Origin: a virus
DNA length: 64,000 nucleotides
Direction: 5' to 3' (one strand)
Virus record (IMG/VR): IMGVR_UViG_3300030060_006882
Span: 1 to 64,000 of that record
In this document: positions 9,601 to 16,265 of the stretch, one piece after another
Layout of the letters: each line of letters starts with the position of its first letter
Position numbering within the stretch: the stretch's first letter is position 1
Notes under the pieces: model-generated
Told to the model about the DNA's origin: nothing
What the model saw: only the letters and a program-made list of their open reading frames with translations
The model's database searches: none
Made by a program: the position numbers and the translations under genes

Positions 9601-11615
9601 ACACATATCACTGGGACATACGAGGACGATTGAGTGCTCAGGACAGGGGTTCCAGTGGACTAATAAATAGTCAAGGGCAATTGACAACAACTTATGTTAC
9701 TAATTCATTTTTCTATGACAGAAGAAAAAGTGCCGGTGGTTGTGCTATTATTAGAAATGCACACTCACAGAATATAGCAAACACCGACATCTACAGTAAC
9801 TCACAATTGGTTATTGATTGTAGTGTTGATAGAGGTAGAATTGGACCTGCAATGTGTAATGAATATTACAACGGAGTTCCAAAAAGTCTTCATGAGGAAA
9901 GCACAGATCGAATTCCAATTGACTTTAGCGATAATGATGCCAATGGTAAAACGAATGGAAAGAAGACATGGACAGATACTATTGATTTCGATTCGGAGCA
10001 ATATTACATAGGTACGAACGATGACGGAGATGATGAATGGACTTATGACGATCCAAGATATGCATATAGGGATCTTTGTACAACATCAGGAGTTACTAAA
10101 TCACTATCCAAAGAACAAGTTAAGATTAATAATGTGTTTATTCACAATAAATTCTATGATGATCAAATGGATAGATACGAAGAGTTGATGAACGATCTGT
10201 TTATAATGTGGGACGGACAAAAGAGTCTTTACTATAGTTCGGGTACTCATACATTCACAGAGAATGATTTTCCGGTAGCCGTACTTCATGGACAATATGA
10301 TTCGTATGATTCGAGCACCGGACAATATACCAGATCGAATGACACAGAGGCAGATGAGGACATTGATGCTATTCGTGTATTAAGAGGCGAGTCGGACACA
10401 GGACAAAACTACACACGAGATGAATATCTTTACTTAGCGGTAGAAGAAAGAGGAAACAAAAAATATGCTCTTCAGTATTACTATGATGATGCATATAAAT
10501 TCAATCAAAATCTCAATGAGCCTGTACGTTACGTAAAACCAGGAGACACTGTAACAAGAGGATGTCCTCACCAAGATGTTTGGCAGTTAACTGGCGGAAG
10601 CTATGATTATAGATACAAAATAAATCAAATTTGTTTTGGACTTTTTGCTAGTAACATGCATGACAATCAGCCCATGATTCTTGATAACACGAGATCCATG
10701 CAGAGTAGAATTGCTTTAGTTGATTATGCATGTGCTCCAAACTATGGACCTCAGTCTTTGGGTATAAACATGGAAACTGGAAATCCGTTTGATGCATGGA
10801 CGAATACTGTTGAATCATTAAGTTATGAAGTAGAAACACTTAATCATGGTTTGGTTACTGTAACATTTCCGGAACATGAAAATGTGGGTGAAATCGATCC
10901 CCAAGCAGAAGAAAACGGCGATGCACTTCGTCCCGTAGGTATAAATGCTGCAGAAGATGGCGATACCAGAGGATATTCGGTAATGGATCACGTTTTTACT
11001 TCAAATTGCTCGTTTGCTCCGGGACACTTCTTCCGAATGGGCAGAGAGAGAAGATATGCTGGTGGTAATTACGGTAAGAGTTCTGGTATGCACAAAAATT
11101 GTCTTGTTCAAAACTGTTCGTTTAGTAGCATGACAGCATATCCCGTCAAAGGAGGCGAACCCAATAACTGGTTCGGGGATAGAACTGATTATCCAAATTG
11201 TCCAATCACTGGACAATACTGGAGAAATAACATACAACAGTCCGGTTCTGCAGCTCAAGATGTAGGACTGGTAAGTCCCAGTCTTATAGACGGTGTTAGC
11301 ATAGTGTCTGGTTCTGATATAGCTGATGATGGCACTGGAACATCAAGATGGACTAAGATGATGGTACAAAAGTTCATTTTAAACGTAACAAGAGATAATT
11401 ACGGTGATGAATCTGTGTATATAAGAGGTGACGAAAAAGTAGAATATTGTGACGAATTTAGTGATTTTTATTCACGGTGTGTTGAAGATAGTGGTCTTTA
11501 TGGTGGAGAGTCAGAGGTAGACGGATGGACTCCATCAAATAGTGCTTACCGTGGTCATCCTATTCCTGGATTCGACGAAGATCCCCCAGTAGGTTCATTT
11601 AAAGTAGAAGGATAA
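639..11615 (+). CDS. Giant 3658-aa multidomain protein, probable virion fibre/spike: trypsin-like protease domain, Ig-like repeats, two beta-helix-type modules
   Basis: Uninterrupted 11 kb ORF rich in D/E/T/N/G. Motifs ATCAHF, DMFLLEL and GDSGTP. Duplicated ARWN(V/I)(I/V)PMQV...IGVVAFHANGI module followed by LYV...G(S)SDG...PY(D/K)T. Confidence 0.8.
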   Translation: MYIHDYWNNTELYDVYDNFYLFDTADTVWEDNTGKWLSGPDSNSYLAATGFPLTREEIGSDRYIDYVQSLNFSSSDDQGDIWQRVRVIPKGWSTNENLYPMFKINEGPDFSQVSVRFSSLFTSISYNNFDAYGFESTQGPNPVPDSSSRNINTTNTSWPLAYPIHDRVIATCAHFVVSTTTNETLNPFDNAYKHFYFMDKDGNVYKKKFKFIPSEPFATREERWNFRKTRKVADMFLLELEDGESGFNSIGITPITENIAKFTNIGDSFFEQGQVGAQNSTPAIILDSQGRGDIVGLRKDDGSITAVGATGFTHFPLSTYGAVFTGDSGTPCWGYSPSIGYIFYGGYNGLNAGNLSDTTSDIGYGGIYNLMRTGQRDYFDTGEIVQETHRFPLNGGSYYTNYEYPTFVERPEDLKDDVDLYHLGSNFQPKINSVPFSCGVTDIYGNTSTTNTVTTQKDIRFFYDEDVHGDNLEATNIRIVLSGGEEDSYEPGLDNDIYTDFFCTCDYKGKILTPDNVQTMPLHFSTAKVEYKGPTDSDWIEAPSPLGTQGNYWERKPISNFSPPRATIDSSPRAFLTAFEGTVFDVIGTQVRVKFSIITNDVSYDTTVELGTVRESNPATNFRLELENDDDLYPGNQNINLKLRWDGTDVVPVPRFIDDFSSNNTIYSPDEYVSNIQRIDDETFSIDLSQETPPGTELIIGIVPGAIDPPYDNQSAAFNDTVSGPPVIAITDFSTAQDAQVTVGDEIILEADLEYYIGGTITTSINIDGNPVASETITNATELIGDLYRLTYVVTQDDIDQNVAWSYSIEVTNSSGLSSSETRSGTIKQLPRINVNPTTTASGVVLTNGDNIVIDVDLVNMDANGTATANIVVDGDTVETTTLSSGETSLNLTHTIANIESDTTWSLDVTITNDFDSVGVFYSTDGTVDVLETPTIIVNNAVSTSGTIVPGNTIVLEATIGNYSSVEGSITINGIDTGASGTLTGDLYRIEYTTAQDEVDSTANWVSSISAFNTSESTTVSRDGSIFVSTEDVPLLEVGSLLPGEWTDTEQPDSYSDGGNHPADQGSLPMARWNVIPMQVVPSGGFEIGVVAFHANGIDRVEFEANGGDTVIVNKMTRNSRTGNREYSVNLNMSSGDQLVEIRAIVYPKDQGTPFVLQNTRTDFPHENYLGNPTHLLQRVANVPSSKASTVLGEGEHSMFLWGPNKYSDAPTLYVTPSTGSSDGPGTITQPYDTLKNAWNANRFSLENATIILTEPGLYDINQLGSANGNEAWVTISASPELNQEDPNDQVVLHTTATRNGEKISDWTTINSKALHFKNLWFEQTILQRLQPNGNDVYFWYENTYHTDAEGRFGDSPRGYGQINSNLKRIGVYYDGCRFYNRKQGAGGGIISRNSNCTKIADSDVFSGTSLLLDNTASDIRLTAESGEHVDVWQLTGAEDDYTMVRNKICFGLRAWDCEHNQPILLDKSRSEFSRIAMVDVSNEGNPPGEPEGINIMSIADHIFMSNCSFDHFLGFYGVGGFGVPSSNSYTNSSVQNTVFKSWNSEAGYTTVPTGVWVRNCLGKPAPNTGTLEDNGSNGTGLWNNILKDDFTLEWDGTDLRPEGPGWDQAEALGGLPMAGFNEVPPIGHFQYEEQPAVPILDVKEESTPNGEIEPGTEIKLKVEILNEYSSVVGFITVNDVEKTTEVTNLGNDEYEITFTTDSDPSNPLEQTTWKSSITATNENGSNEARRQGTFEPEEFIPANRTPGIYEKDVYLIGGNLDINAELEFRSDWNDYTPDGKYDIQFGTEIRQNSITTVNGQEIDWMNVNDNSDNDDLISMSDSDFESHLRQLKDRWRDQLADNIRIKQDNGTLVMDDIDLYISDPEIKLADEKFSFEFHLAAYYQHAVPLGLVLKNNQLENGLYFTWDSTTELSTATSKANIFVDVWLKELYEDLMSNENSDLGLAGKFCQFNLPYRYPTNSLNVFNKPIFRDYDEDDRKDFILNVLNIQYGENGLGIEDLDHTTIRDIYDKCGTFSDFFPATYATDIKSWKGYFRALNEFGKPNKNSTMGQGRFNSAGISTTNPCSTWKDHPDIADKPYYSKDDFYIADAPGGIFSATEFWQIPVSVWIYLQEFTVETCTNINLCRFWAFMTDVSMFNPKGYSSAEANIDTMNEQISDYFGVPYSFLPSNDDRINYSEYRAYGQWNRDKMPGEAGEFTYTPRDLPLPTVNIDDEVSTPDGNITAGDTIVLQVTAQDYDTVGGFMVVGGVSKETTVQNLGNDTYKIEYTTESDIPDQVTWSAGIVAYNADNFSTSVGRSGNVIPQEEEVDPPVVTSVSPTTTGDINEGTEVTLTVTVQNNDTPANTTITGSITLAGESVQTTVIQDETDATKYSITYDTSNYTFNGINAQWKSKIEVENGGGSGQVEKIGNVIAIPNDSFTDTILSHTIEDGNVKYEMEDAGGPNVDHYLLENYNCTTMYIDVTSGSNTGRLEFLNDQDVGDFIDTGKVLKLQSNEGIVYAFNFQDGGNVVTFNVDTTALYNSNSDNYSPLTARVVNAPGEEILLIPDTLVIPSTPPSIDYDPVWAEFDATSRGGAFADAFTAKHKEGCENCQHSQTVGPFGDDCRENGDILIDCPPADREALPIARWNIVPMQVATDKDYNGVGQNGFQSPNGANPTGDGYTGFPIGVVAFHANGIEKVEFFANGDGDLENRVTVNKMTVNPRTGNREFWVNLQLDDDDDRLIELRAIVYPYEQGTPFVLQNVLSYDDVNYEDRYRYLPMSNYENNYEILQKRVSPAFTPRYGTNDLYDATNLPDDYTGPIPLVGTNGNEVKLRNFTGQNQVGASVINQGQHSMFLWGPKKFQDSPRLYVDLNYTGSSDGTFANPYKTILDAWNYLKDNENFEGAEIILLSPGHFDMNEVKNGSDKSGWLTIRGDEANHAKEYLIGSNTWEGDDRPSLRFAPQKVRFKNVGFRAGPGIWVGDSNTVEGEDTQWVSPNSNESMYWFDNTYHWDIRGRLSAQDRGSSGLINSQGQLTTTYVTNSFFYDRRKSAGGCAIIRNAHSQNIANTDIYSNSQLVIDCSVDRGRIGPAMCNEYYNGVPKSLHEESTDRIPIDFSDNDANGKTNGKKTWTDTIDFDSEQYYIGTNDDGDDEWTYDDPRYAYRDLCTTSGVTKSLSKEQVKINNVFIHNKFYDDQMDRYEELMNDLFIMWDGQKSLYYSSGTHTFTENDFPVAVLHGQYDSYDSSTGQYTRSNDTEADEDIDAIRVLRGESDTGQNYTRDEYLYLAVEERGNKKYALQYYYDDAYKFNQNLNEPVRYVKPGDTVTRGCPHQDVWQLTGGSYDYRYKINQICFGLFASNMHDNQPMILDNTRSMQSRIALVDYACAPNYGPQSLGINMETGNPFDAWTNTVESLSYEVETLNHGLVTVTFPEHENVGEIDPQAEENGDALRPVGINAAEDGDTRGYSVMDHVFTSNCSFAPGHFFRMGRERRYAGGNYGKSSGMHKNCLVQNCSFSSMTAYPVKGGEPNNWFGDRTDYPNCPITGQYWRNNIQQSGSAAQDVGLVSPSLIDGVSIVSGSDIADDGTGTSRWTKMMVQKFILNVTRDNYGDESVYIRGDEKVEYCDEFSDFYSRCVEDSGLYGGESEVDGWTPSNSAYRGHPIPGFDEDPPVGSFKVEG
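2811..7880 (+). repeat. Six ~100-aa Ig-like repeats inside the giant ORF (starts near 2811, 3129, 3435, 5550, 7257, 7569)
   Basis: Recurring pattern P-x-I/V...ST..G.I..G..I.L.....N.....G.I...G.........Y.I.YT......W.S.I...N.......R.G. Confidence 0.7.
3840..11600 (+). repeat. Internal duplication: module A 3840-~5530, module B 8505-~11600
   Basis: Collinear shared blocks LP(M/I)ARWN, IGVVAFHANGI, NKMT.N.RTGNRE, E(I/L)RAIVYP..QGTPFVLQN, HSMFLWGP, H.DVWQLTG, NQP.(L/I)LD..RS..SRIA, DH.F.SNCSF, GF.E.PP.G.F. Confidence 0.9.
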
Positions 11616-11618
11616 ACT

Positions 11619-11801
11619 ATGAGTTATATTTCAAATACAAACAACAGTGCAATGCAACATTTAAATCGGGGCACCGAAGAAAATATGAAAAGAATGCTTG
11701 AATTCGACGAATTTCTTCTAAAGGGAACAAAAAAGGAGTCACCTTCTGAAATAGTAGAAACTACTATGGGAGACCTACTTCTTCCGATATCAGAGAAATA
11801 A
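11619..11801 (+). CDS. Small hypothetical protein
   Basis: ATG 3 nt after the giant ORF stop, preceded by GAAGGA. Confidence 0.5.
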   Translation: MSYISNTNNSAMQHLNRGTEENMKRMLEFDEFLLKGTKKESPSEIVETTMGDLLLPISEK

Positions 11802-11808
11802 TATTATA

Positions 11809-12057
11809 TCACTGTGTGAGGGTGGTTACAGATGTCCCTGCAGGAATACTCACTATATGAGTTGCTGAAATTTCTAGTAATTGTGATGTATCATCTAAAA
11901 GCTGATATCCAAAAGTAACCCCATAACTACCTAACATTTCCATTGTAATACCACCACCGCTAAAATTGTTAATAATAAATGCAGGTATTGGAAATCCATC
12001 ACCTAATAATGGAAAGTTAGTTTTTGGTCCTTCTATCTTCGCGTGTACTTTATACAT
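11809..12057 (-). CDS. Small hypothetical late protein
   Basis: Strong RBS GGAGGAA (12064-12070) and TATAAATA late promoter upstream on the minus strand. Confidence 0.7.
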   Translation of the reverse strand: MYKVHAKIEGPKTNFPLLGDGFPIPAFIINNFSGGGITMEMLGSYGVTFGYQLLDDTSQLLEISATHIVSIPAGTSVTTLTQ

Positions 12058-12075
12058 GGGCTATTCCTCCGTTAC

Positions 12076-12083
12076 TATTTATA
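12076..12083 (-). promoter_or_regulatory. T4-type late promoter TATAAATA
   Basis: Exact gp55 consensus upstream of the RBS of ORF 11809-12057. Confidence 0.75.
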
Positions 12084-12088
12084 TATTT

Positions 12089-12096
12089 TATAAATA
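12089..12096 (+). promoter_or_regulatory. T4-type late promoter TATAAATA
   Basis: Exact consensus followed by GGAG and ATG at 12113. Confidence 0.75.
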
Positions 12097-12112
12097 CCTT
12101 CGGAGACTAATT

Positions 12113-12397
12113 ATGAAATATACCGAAAATTACCAAAGAGAAACCTTGAATGAAAATATAGTATTAAGTCTTGTAAAAGCAATACTAGGTGGTGCATCTG
12201 CAACTACTGGTGCTGATCAAATAATCCCAATAGCAAAAGAAATCGGCAGAAATATCAGACAAAATGAATATATTAGGTCTGGAGCAAAAGCTGGTTTCGG
12301 TAGTAGTGGACTTGGAACTTCTGACTTAATTAGTAAAAGTATCATGCCAAACATACAAGTAACAGATTTACAGAGAGCAATTCCTAGAAGAAGATAA
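12113..12397 (+). CDS. Hypothetical late protein, 94 aa (start moved from 11966 to ATG 12113)
   Basis: Late promoter and GGAG RBS precede MKYTENYQRETLNE. Confidence 0.65.
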   Translation: MKYTENYQRETLNENIVLSLVKAILGGASATTGADQIIPIAKEIGRNIRQNEYIRSGAKAGFGSSGLGTSDLISKSIMPNIQVTDLQRAIPRRR

Positions 12398-12433
12398 AAG
12401 ACTACGCCTGGGCATCGCTACCTTAGGCACCAA

Positions 12434-12473
12434 GACCCCCTCGGAGCGAGCGCCCGGGGGGTCGCTTTTTTTT
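12434..12473 (+). terminator. Rho-independent terminator
   Basis: GACCCCC-TCGG...CCGGGGGGTC stem followed by a T8 run. Confidence 0.8.
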
Positions 12474-12480
12474 ATAAATA
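12473..12480 (+). promoter_or_regulatory. T4-type late promoter TATAAATA
   Basis: Exact consensus, then AAGGAG and ATG at 12502. Confidence 0.75.
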
Positions 12481-12501
12481 TAAGATACAAGGAGAACAAC
12501 T

Positions 12502-12831
12502 ATGGACCCTCTAGAATCAGTAAAACATAATAAAAACCTTCTACGAGTTGCAAGCGAATTAGGAGGAACTAAAACCGAAGGCGGAAACAATGACGGAATT
12601 GATGAAATCGAAGATGTGTCCGCTACCAAACAAGAACCTGCAGTAACTGAAACTGTAGAGTTAGATTCAAGCGAAGAAGAGGGCGTAAACGAGACAGTCA
12701 ATCAATTAGCTGATTCAGTCTTGGAACAACTCTCAACACTAGAAGAGAATTTAGAAGAAGAACTAACCGATGAAAATTTAGATTTTGCAATCAACAAAAT
12801 CATCGACAACCTTCTCAATAATAATTCTTGA
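12502..12831 (+). CDS. Highly acidic late protein, possibly head-internal or scaffold-like
   Basis: RBS AAGGAG; very E/D-rich 109 aa. Confidence 0.7.
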   Translation: MDPLESVKHNKNLLRVASELGGTKTEGGNNDGIDEIEDVSATKQEPAVTETVELDSSEEEGVNETVNQLADSVLEQLSTLEENLEEELTDENLDFAINKIIDNLLNNNS

Positions 12832-12856
12832 TTTTTACATCATTTTACTATATAAT
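12828..12856 (+). promoter_or_regulatory. Sigma70-type promoter TTGATT-N17-TATAAT
   Basis: Near-consensus hexamers with a 17-nt spacer, upstream of GAGGTG and ATG 12875. Confidence 0.7.
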
Positions 12857-12874
12857 GCACATATGAGGTGACAC

Positions 12875-13558
12875 ATGTTTGAACAGAAAACATTTACACA
12901 TAAACCTGTAATACAAGACAGCGACTTACTTTCAGAGAACACTGAAAGTGGTCGTTATTATACACTAGATAACGGCAAAAAGCTTCCCAGTGTCACCACG
13001 GTGACTGGTTGGAAAAAGAATCAATTCTTTATTAACTGGAGAGCAAAAAATCCAAAGGAAGCAAAGCGAGTAACTGCTCGTGGTAATCTATTACACTCTC
13101 TTCTAGAAGATTACGTAAACAACGAGACAGTCTGTCTCAAGGACATACCACCAATCGAATGTGATCTGTTTCTACAAATGCAATCCGAAATCGACAAGAT
13201 TGATAATGTCAGAGGAACTGAATTGGCTCTGTCATCAGAGATGGTTGGTGTAGCTGGTAGAGCAGACTGCATTGCAGAGTATGATGGTAAACTTAGTATC
13301 ATAGACTTTAAGGGTTCTACTAGGAAGAAGTACAAAGGAAACATTGATAACTACTTCCTACAAGCAACTGCATACGCTCTAATGTGGCAAGAAATGACAC
13401 AAGAGAAAATAGAACAGATTGCAATTATAATTGGATGTGAAACTGGAGATACTCAAGTGTTCACAGATAATCCTCTAAACTGGGTTAGACCTCTTCAAAG
13501 AGAAATCAAAGAATACACAGAGAAGTTTCCTCAAGTAGAATCAGCTTCTCTCTTTTGA
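12875..13558 (+). CDS. PD-(D/E)XK exonuclease (Cas4/RecB-like) typical of marine T4-like phages
   Basis: LPSVTTV, RG..LH, E.AL......AGRADCIAEYDGKLSIIDFK, YFLQATAYA. Confidence 0.85.
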   Translation: MFEQKTFTHKPVIQDSDLLSENTESGRYYTLDNGKKLPSVTTVTGWKKNQFFINWRAKNPKEAKRVTARGNLLHSLLEDYVNNETVCLKDIPPIECDLFLQMQSEIDKIDNVRGTELALSSEMVGVAGRADCIAEYDGKLSIIDFKGSTRKKYKGNIDNYFLQATAYALMWQEMTQEKIEQIAIIIGCETGDTQVFTDNPLNWVRPLQREIKEYTEKFPQVESASLF

Positions 13559-13797
13559 GTCTTTTTCCAACCAACAAACCATGCAAACAATAATAGCACT
13601 GCTAGTATTAAAGCCATTATAGAGACATACCAAAAATTAATAGAGACAACTGGTGATTCTGCAGTCACCAGTTGTTTTGCTTTTATAGGATTTATAGGGT
13701 GATCTACAGTTTTTATAAGAGTTTTACATCCACCGACACACATCATAAAAACTATAAATAAACAAATTGTAGACACTAATCGAAGTAAATTTTTCAT
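13531..13797 (-). CDS. Lipoprotein with C-terminal TM helix; u-spanin-like topology
   Basis: Signal MKNLLR+hydrophobic core ending VGG-C24; C-terminal TM FWYVSIMALILAVLLLFAWFVGW then KK. Confidence 0.5.
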   Translation of the reverse strand: MKNLLRLVSTICLFIVFMMCVGGCKTLIKTVDHPINPIKAKQLVTAESPVVSINFWYVSIMALILAVLLLFAWFVGWKKTQKREADST

Positions 13798-14234
13798 TTT
13801 CTAGCTGTCGCACTCCCGAAGTAAAACCCTACTATGCTGAGTAAAATTTGTCTGTTTTCTTCAGTAAACAAGTAACCATACACATTGTGGAACTGGACAT
13901 ATTGTCCTCCACCAAATATACCCAGAAAAGGCTCTGTGGTTGTTTTAATTTCTACTACTGTGGGAATACCAAAAAAAGGAAGAACAAAGGGTGCTATTAT
14001 TGTTCCAAATAATACTGCTATGACAATAGTTCTACGTACTATTTTACCAGCTTCTTGACCGACTCTCTGTATTGCAGCATCTTGATCTTCTCTGTCTGCC
14101 TGTTTGTTTTGCATGAACATTTCAAATTGTTCACGTCTCATCTCTCGGGTTTCAGTTAAGTACTTAAATACAAATCCAGTAAGAGAACCACCAATTAAAG
14201 ATAAAAATTCAGGTGTCAGTAAAGATGCAATCAT
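13794..14234 (-). CDS. Multi-TM membrane protein, holin-like
   Basis: Three hydrophobic segments; ends LLSIVGFYFGSATARK, like 3-TM holins ending in GFYFG.R. Confidence 0.55.
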   Translation of the reverse strand: MIASLLTPEFLSLIGGSLTGFVFKYLTETREMRREQFEMFMQNKQADREDQDAAIQRVGQEAGKIVRRTIVIAVLFGTIIAPFVLPFFGIPTVVEIKTTTEPFLGIFGGGQYVQFHNVYGYLFTEENRQILLSIVGFYFGSATARK

Positions 14235-14761
14235 TAGCCATTCCTTCTCTGTAAATTATGCATAAAATTAATTACATTACAAAGAGGATTCTTTTTATCC
14301 TTACACTTAGTTTTTGGATATATTGCGATATCATCATAACCATCTTCGTAGTTACGATAACCCAAACCTGCAATCTCACCCGATCCTACGTTGTTTGCAA
14401 CAGGAGCTGCTGCTTCTTGTTCTGCAAGATGTAGTAGGATTCCTTCGCAGATAAAATCACCATCTAAATCATAGGAATCCAGTGACTCTTTGAATAAAGA
14501 CATCGCAGCAGTAAATGATCTTAATTTTGCACTGGTACTAGGATTTGGAATTTGGTCAAACAATCGTTTTACGTATATGACAAACAGATCAAAGGAGGGT
14601 ATTTCTTTCTTAATCACATCATCTGGTTTTGTGAAATATCCATCCTGATCTATAAGACCATTCCTGAATGCGTTGAGTTGAGTAAACGGTTTAGTAATAT
14701 CCTGAAGAAATTTATACATGGTGAAGGCGGATATTGTCTTGTTGGTTATATCGTAATTCAT
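14234..14761 (-). CDS. Conserved T4-like hypothetical protein
   Basis: YKFLQDITKPF...AFRNGLID..G N-terminus and E.AP.NNVGSGEIAGL tail, recalled from marine T4-like phages. Confidence 0.65.
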   Translation of the reverse strand: MNYDITNKTISAFTMYKFLQDITKPFTQLNAFRNGLIDQDGYFTKPDDVIKKEIPSFDLFVIYVKRLFDQIPNPSTSAKLRSFTAAMSLFKESLDSYDLDGDFICEGILLHLAEQEAAAPVANNVGSGEIAGLGYRNYEDGYDDIAIYPKTKCKDKKNPLCNVINFMHNLQRRNG

Positions 14762-15138
14762 ATTTCCTCTTGCAGTTTCTTCAATATTCTATGATCAGTT
14801 GGTATTTTATCCAAATCCGTTTCTGGTATTGCACAAGGCAATCTGTCTAAAAAATCTAAACATGTCTTTAGTGCTGGGTGGTACTTTTCCTCTACCCGAT
14901 AGAATAAAATCCTAGCGGATGGTAAAACACCAAAGACATTATTAAAAACAATCAAATGGTTGACTATAAGCCGAGACTTAAAGTCATTATCTTGTTCATA
15001 ACGACTAAATAAACGCTTTAAATACTTAATCCTGTTCACATCTTCAGAAAATTCATCAATGTCTTTACATTCTGGATTTTCATAATTTCGAAGAGCATAA
15101 TCAAGAAAGTTTTTCGAATTAAGCTTCAGGTTCTCCAT
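14758..15138 (-). CDS. Conserved T4-like hypothetical protein
   Basis: NF..YA...Y.NPEC....EF.ED..RIKYLKRLF.RY...LI.NHLI...NVFG pattern. Confidence 0.75.
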   Translation of the reverse strand: MENLKLNSKNFLDYALRNYENPECKDIDEFSEDVNRIKYLKRLFSRYEQDNDFKSRLIVNHLIVFNNVFGVLPSARILFYRVEEKYHPALKTCLDFLDRLPCAIPETDLDKIPTDHRILKKLQEEI

Positions 15139-15628
15139 CAACGCCTTCCGATTGTTTAACTACCTTTGCAGTTATATCACATGTTCCATCAGATTTTCCT
15201 ACGTTTATAATCAAGTCGTAAGAATCTCCGTTAGGGAAACCATTTTCATCATCAAATTCATCGTGAGGAGTCTCTGGACTCTTTCCAAAAGCACCACCCA
15301 AACGAGAAAGTTCAAAAGTATTTTCTCCGTCTCTGAGCATGGTGTTCGTATCATACTTAAAGTCCAAACCCAATAAGTTTAGCTTAGTCTTGAAAACACC
15401 AAGGTGTGTTGTTGGTTCGTCTCTAATACCTTTCCAAAAGGCAGTCGCAAACGAGTTTACTCGATCTAAATTATCTTCTTTGTCAATGTCAAAGATACCC
15501 TTACCTGTATGCTTCAGTGCAGAATGAGGACTCGTTTTGACGAAAGTATCACCAAATCCACCTCCAAAGGTATGTTCTCCGGCACTACTCTCTGTAATTT
15601 TAGTTTTTAATTCCTTAAAAGTTTTCAT
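15119..15628 (-). CDS. Probable internal head protein
   Basis: N-terminus MKTFKELKTKITE resembles the T4 capsid-targeting sequence MKTYQEFIAE; RBS CAGGAGG. Confidence 0.6.
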   Translation of the reverse strand: MKTFKELKTKITESSAGEHTFGGGFGDTFVKTSPHSALKHTGKGIFDIDKEDNLDRVNSFATAFWKGIRDEPTTHLGVFKTKLNLLGLDFKYDTNTMLRDGENTFELSRLGGAFGKSPETPHDEFDDENGFPNGDSYDLIINVGKSDGTCDITAKVVKQSEGVDGEPEA

Positions 15629-15996
15629 AATTCCTCCTGATCTTTAGTATATAGATCTTTTACATTCATGATAAGTTCTGCTAACTTTTTCTTAAATTTA
15701 TCATTATGTTGCTGAAATCCACATTGGGTTCCCAAAATACTAGTGATTCTGTCCCTGTCGTATTTCTCTTGACTATCCATTTTCATGGTATCTTTATAAG
15801 ATTCATGGATAAGTTCTACGGTTTCCCCAGTTAAAAGAAATTCTTTAATCAAGTCTCCCGTTTCGTTTATCATAGACGAGCAATATGAATTGTTCCCTAT
15901 TCTATTTATTTGGTTGACGATGAAAATGGTTTCATTTAATTTGACAACCATTCCTGGTTTCAGTTGTCTTGGGGATATGTTTGTATTATACTTCAT
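15625..15996 (-). CDS. Hypothetical protein
   Basis: ATG at 15996 overlaps the upstream TGA (ATGA coupling). Confidence 0.6.
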   Translation of the reverse strand: MKYNTNISPRQLKPGMVVKLNETIFIVNQINRIGNNSYCSSMINETGDLIKEFLLTGETVELIHESYKDTMKMDSQEKYDRDRITSILGTQCGFQQHNDKFKKKLAELIMNVKDLYTKDQEEL

Positions 15997-16265
15997 CTTC
16001 CCTGTTCCAATTCTTTTCTTATCCATAGAAGATCCGTTTTTATTTCAGCTAGATCAGATCGTATTTCCAACCGAAAAGATTCTGCTGTGTCTAATCTTGA
16101 ATCTAAATCTTCTAACTCTTTTTCTATTGTATCTAATCTGTAAATGTATTGAGTGTCCTTAGATGCGGCAGCCCATACAAAATTTCCTATGGTCAAAAAC
16201 CAGCCAACTAAAATTGCAATTATAACCAAATGGCTTTTAGCCTTATCTTTTGCTTCCTGTGTCAT
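15993..16265 (-). CDS. Single-TM plus coiled-coil small membrane protein
   Basis: VIIAILVGWFLTIGNFVWAAA followed by heptad-like LDTIEKELEDLDSRLD. Confidence 0.65.
   Translation of the reverse strand: MTQEAKDKAKSHLVIIAILVGWFLTIGNFVWAAASKDTQYIYRLDTIEKELEDLDSRLDTAESFRLEIRSDLAEIKTDLLWIRKELEQGR

Noticed and set aside
9855..10565. Intein in module B
   Set aside because: Starts with Cys but lacks a terminal His-Asn and recognisable intein blocks.
11966..12112. N-terminal extension of the ORF ending at 12397
   Set aside because: Overlaps the opposite-strand gene and both promoters; the RBS supports ATG 12113.
12398..12470. tRNA or tmRNA
   Set aside because: No cloverleaf, TTC loop or CCA end; no tag frame ending in Ala-Ala.
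12875..13558. cas4 of a CRISPR system
   Set aside because: No Fe-S cysteine pattern, no other cas genes or array; fits the stand-alone phage exonuclease.
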